Below are positions 60,961 to 64,000 of a stretch of DNA of 64,000 nucleotides, in pieces. A program made the position numbers and the translations under genes. The notes under the pieces were generated by a model, which was given only the letters and a program-made list of their open reading frames with translations, was not told the DNA's origin and searched no databases. Every line of letters starts with the position of its first letter. Positions within the stretch are counted from its first letter, which is position 1. The stretch spans positions 1,216,001-1,280,000 of the forward strand of contig CAWIKF010000002.1 in the NCBI GenBank assembly GCA_963836755.1, in the 5' to 3' direction. The DNA comes from an uncultured Verrucomicrobiae bacterium (GTDB lineage: Bacteria > Verrucomicrobiota > Verrucomicrobiia > Chthoniobacterales > Chthoniobacteraceae).

Positions 60961-61365
60961 TCAAGCATTTGGCGCTGGATTCCCAGTCGATCGGCTAGCA
61001 GCCCAGCGCGCTTTCATTGATGCAGCCAATCTTGCTCGACCTTCAGGAGTCAATTGGCGCTTCTTTCTTGATGTCGCGGTTGCTTTAGAAGCAGGAGACT
61101 GCGATGACTTTCCTTTCGCTTTTGCGGGCGTCGCTTTTCTAACCCGCGCCCATCTAGCTTTTTGAGCAGCACGCATCTTTTCAATGGATGCAGTTGAGAA
61201 TGTCCGCTTACCACCCCGCTTTGGCTTCACCGTTACTTCAACGACCGATTCGCCCTTGAAAATTTCGCCCAACCTGTTTTGGAGATATTCAATCTGCTTC
61301 CTGATATTAAGGGCTTCTTCGATGGTATGGATGGGATGATCCCAGAATGAACTTGAGTTAGGCAT
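60961..61365 (-). CDS. Basic histone-like putative DNA-binding protein
   Basis: Coiled N-terminus and two copies of a S/TxxxRxK/R..AAxKARWA motif with Lys/Ala-rich linker. Confidence 0.7.
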   Translation of the reverse strand: MPNSSSFWDHPIHTIEEALNIRKQIEYLQNRLGEIFKGESVVEVTVKPKRGGKRTFSTASIEKMRAAQKARWARVRKATPAKAKGKSSQSPASKATATSRKKRQLTPEGRARLAASMKARWAASRSTGNPAPNA

Positions 61366-61767
61366 GGCTGTTGATATAAGGGCATGCTACGAAACCGTCA
61401 ATGGCTAACGAAACCAATCAGGAGCAAATACTGACGAGCAGATGCGGCTGCGTGACAAAAGCCTTCATTTTAGGATAAAAGTCGATTGCGCAGATTGTAC
61501 TCTTGAAAACAACCTCTCCCGGATTAGACTCAATAAATGCGCATTATATTACGCATTACTTTGCCAATGGCCTAACTGTTTGATCCTCGACACGTTGTCC
61601 GCAGATTTGGGGAGTCTTGAGCTTGGAGGGAGGGAATTTAGGGAGAGTGAGAGCGGCGGAATTTATGGAGGCAAAGTTAAGCAGGGACGAAAGAGTTCCG
61701 GACGGTTTGAAAAATAACTCATTGCAAACTCCCATGACCGGGCAGAAAATTGCAATTCACCCCCACC

Positions 61768-64000
61768 ATGAATTTAAGTCCGCTCGGGAGAGCTCGATTC
61801 AGGGCGATCTCGAAAACAAAAAGTTTGTTACTTTGCCTGGCGCTTTTCGCACTGGCATCGAGCCCGGCATTTTCGCAGACGGCTTATTTCGTGGATGGCT
61901 GGCATGGCGGCATCTGGGGACATTATCCGCCGTGGGTCACGCAGTTCCTCGTGGATAAGTTAAACCAGAATCCGGATTGGAAAATCAATCTGGAGATCGA
62001 GCCGGAGAGCTGGGACTGGATAGAGGCGAATACCCCGGAGGCTTACAAGGAATTTCAGGCGCTCTTCGCGGATCAATCTGCCAAGGGCCGGATTGAGTAT
62101 ATCAACCCCGACTTCGCGCAAAGTTACCTGTGGAATGTCACCGGCGAAAGCATCATCCGCCAGTTCGAATACGGCATGCGAAAAGTCCGGCAGCATTTTC
62201 CCAATGCGAATCTCACCGTTTATTCTTCCGAGGAACCGCTCTTTACCAGCGCGCTGCCGGGTATTTTGAAATCCTTTGGTTTTAAGTATGCGGTTTTGAA
62301 AAATCCCAACACTTGCTGGGGCGGCTACACACGCGCTTTCGGCGGTGAGCTAGTCAATTGGATCGGGCCGGATGGGACCAAAATAACCACCGTGCCGCGG
62401 TATGCGGTTGAGTCGTTAAACATGAGCACGACATGGAAAACGATGGCATCGGATAATGCGCCAGCTTACATCGAGGCGGCATTGCAGGATGGGATCACTC
62501 ATCCAGTCGGGATGTGTTTGCAGGATGCCGGATGGAAAAGCGGCCCGCGATTGGGGAAGGGAGCTTATCAGCCGAGCGAGTATGTCACCTGGCGGGATTA
62601 TTTTGAAAACCATGCGAGCAAAGCTTCAGCGGAAGATTGGAAATTCAGCCAGGAAGACGTGTTGGTCAGTCTCGTCTGGGGATCGCAAGTGCTTCAGAAA
62701 ATAGCGCGGGAGGTGAGGGCGGCGGAAAATAAAATGGTCATGTCAGAAAAGCTAACGGGGATGGCCGCGAGCTATCGGGAATTTTCTTGGCCACAATCTA
62801 CTTTCGATGGTGCGTGGAGAACCTTGTTGCTGTCAGAACATCATGATTGCTGGATTACGCCCTACAACCGAAACGGAGCACTGGACCATTTGACGGCAGG
62901 GCCAACTTTTCTGACTCCGGCCAGCGTCGGTGCAACCAACAATACTTGGGCGGACAAAGTCGCCTTGTGGACGGATAACACCAGACAAACGAGCGACACG
63001 ATTACTCAGCAAGCTTTGTCGGCGCTCTCTTCTGGAACCAGAGATGACAGAACTTTTATCCGCGTGTTCAACACTCTGGGAGTTGAGCGGAACGAACTGA
63101 CGAGCGCCGCTTTGCCTGCTGTTTGGGACAAGAACCGGCTCCGCGTTTTGGATGGCGACAATCGGGAAGTTCCATCGCAAATTATTTCCCGTTCCGAATC
63201 AAACGAAGTGCTCTTCGCCGCGGACGTTCCTTCAATGGGCTACAACACTTATCGCTTGGAAAAAGTTCCCGCAGCGCCTTCGAAAGGTGCGCACGCTTCA
63301 ATTCAGCCGGATGGCACTTACAAGCTTGAAACCGATTTATATACTTTGGCGCTTGATCCCGCCCATGGCGGGACGATTACCAGCCTCCAGGCTAAAAAAT
63401 TAGATCATAAAGAATTTGTGGATGGCGCAAGTGCCCGGAGGTTCTCAGAAATGCGCGGCTACTTTTTTGATGAAGGAAAATATCGTTCCAGCGCAGATCA
63501 GCCCGCGAAGCTGACGATTTTGGAAAATGGCCCGTTGCGGTTGCGGGTGCGAATGGAAGGCCTGATCGGCATCCATCCCTTCACGCAGACCATCACGCTC
63601 GCTCAAGGCCAGGCGAGAATTGATTTCAACCTCAAGATCGACTGGCAGGAAAGTCCCGGCATCGGCGACGGTTACGCCCAGACTGCCTGGAAGCGAGAGG
63701 AAGATCGCAAAGCTTTTTACAACAACCGCGAGAAGCTGCTCGCGTTATTCCCGCTGAATTTGAAGGCCCAGAAAATCTATAAGAATGCCCCATTCGATGT
63801 CACCGAAAGCAAATTGAGCGACACGTTTTTCACCAACTGGAGTGGCATCAAGAATGACATCTTTCTCAACTGGGTGGACGCGACCGATGGTGCAAACCAA
63901 TATGGGCTGGCGTTATTGACCGACCACACCACGAGCTATGCCCACGGGGCGGATTTTCCGCTGGGACTGACTGTGCAATATTCGGGAATTGGATTATGGG
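61768..64000 (+). CDS. Secreted glycoside hydrolase family 38-like protein (runs off the window end)
   Basis: Manual translation: signal peptide, YFVDGWHGGIWGHY, NLEIEPESW, GESIIRQF, WIGPDGT, SEHHDCWI; absent from the ORF track, consistent with no stop in the window. Confidence 0.72.
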   Translation, partial: MNLSPLGRARFRAISKTKSLLLCLALFALASSPAFSQTAYFVDGWHGGIWGHYPPWVTQFLVDKLNQNPDWKINLEIEPESWDWIEANTPEAYKEFQALFADQSAKGRIEYINPDFAQSYLWNVTGESIIRQFEYGMRKVRQHFPNANLTVYSSEEPLFTSALPGILKSFGFKYAVLKNPNTCWGGYTRAFGGELVNWIGPDGTKITTVPRYAVESLNMSTTWKTMASDNAPAYIEAALQDGITHPVGMCLQDAGWKSGPRLGKGAYQPSEYVTWRDYFENHASKASAEDWKFSQEDVLVSLVWGSQVLQKIAREVRAAENKMVMSEKLTGMAASYREFSWPQSTFDGAWRTLLLSEHHDCWITPYNRNGALDHLTAGPTFLTPASVGATNNTWADKVALWTDNTRQTSDTITQQALSALSSGTRDDRTFIRVFNTLGVERNELTSAALPAVWDKNRLRVLDGDNREVPSQIISRSESNEVLFAADVPSMGYNTYRLEKVPAAPSKGAHASIQPDGTYKLETDLYTLALDPAHGGTITSLQAKKLDHKEFVDGASARRFSEMRGYFFDEGKYRSSADQPAKLTILENGPLRLRVRMEGLIGIHPFTQTITLAQGQARIDFNLKIDWQESPGIGDGYAQTAWKREEDRKAFYNNREKLLALFPLNLKAQKIYKNAPFDVTESKLSDTFFTNWSGIKNDIFLNWVDATDGANQYGLALLTDHTTSYAHGADFPLGLTVQYSGIGLW

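Larger units (their letters stand above)
41590..61400. mobile_element. Satellite-like integrative element with cargo (right boundary uncertain)
   Basis: tRNA-adjacent tyrosine integrase, primase-helicase, no structural genes, mosaic AT-richer cargo; second att copy not found. Confidence 0.65.

Noticed and set aside
41590..61400. Complete prophage or conjugative element
   Set aside because: No capsid, terminase, tail, lysis, relaxase or T4SS genes were recognised.

Overview
Bacterial chromosome window, probably Verrucomicrobiota/Chthoniobacterales-like (inferred from gene content, not verified). 1-27.6 kb is GC-rich core genome: rnpB, an ATP-grasp/alpha-E fusion, a Fur-family regulator with sufCBD, yacG, trpD, gcvTHP, a PAS hybrid kinase, an S1/P1 nuclease, def, exbBD/tonB, comB, ogg, rex, a pseudouridine synthase, ald, yqgE, tRNA-Cys and tRNA-Leu. 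27.6-41.5 kb is an accessory region between the 3' ends of tRNA-Leu and tRNA-Val. It holds a cupredoxin/DUF1080 cluster, a split DNA methyltransferase, a 42-bp tandem array facing an FN3 gene, a GH78 enzyme and several pseudogenes. From 41.6 kb there is a satellite-like integrative element (tyrosine integrase, prim-pol/D5 helicase, Zn-finger protein, no structural genes). Its cargo includes a PD-(D/E)XK protein, a Sel1/DnaJ chimera, an orphan VapD, and an integron cassette array (attI-like site plus about 11 intact or decayed attC sites, no intI). The most unusual signal is a ~115-bp element of inverted, 9-bp-periodic CGGACG repeats. It occurs four times: once right after the replication genes and three times near breakpoints in the cargo. 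The window ends in a GH38-like gene. All calls come from reading the sequence and ORF track by eye; no searches were run.
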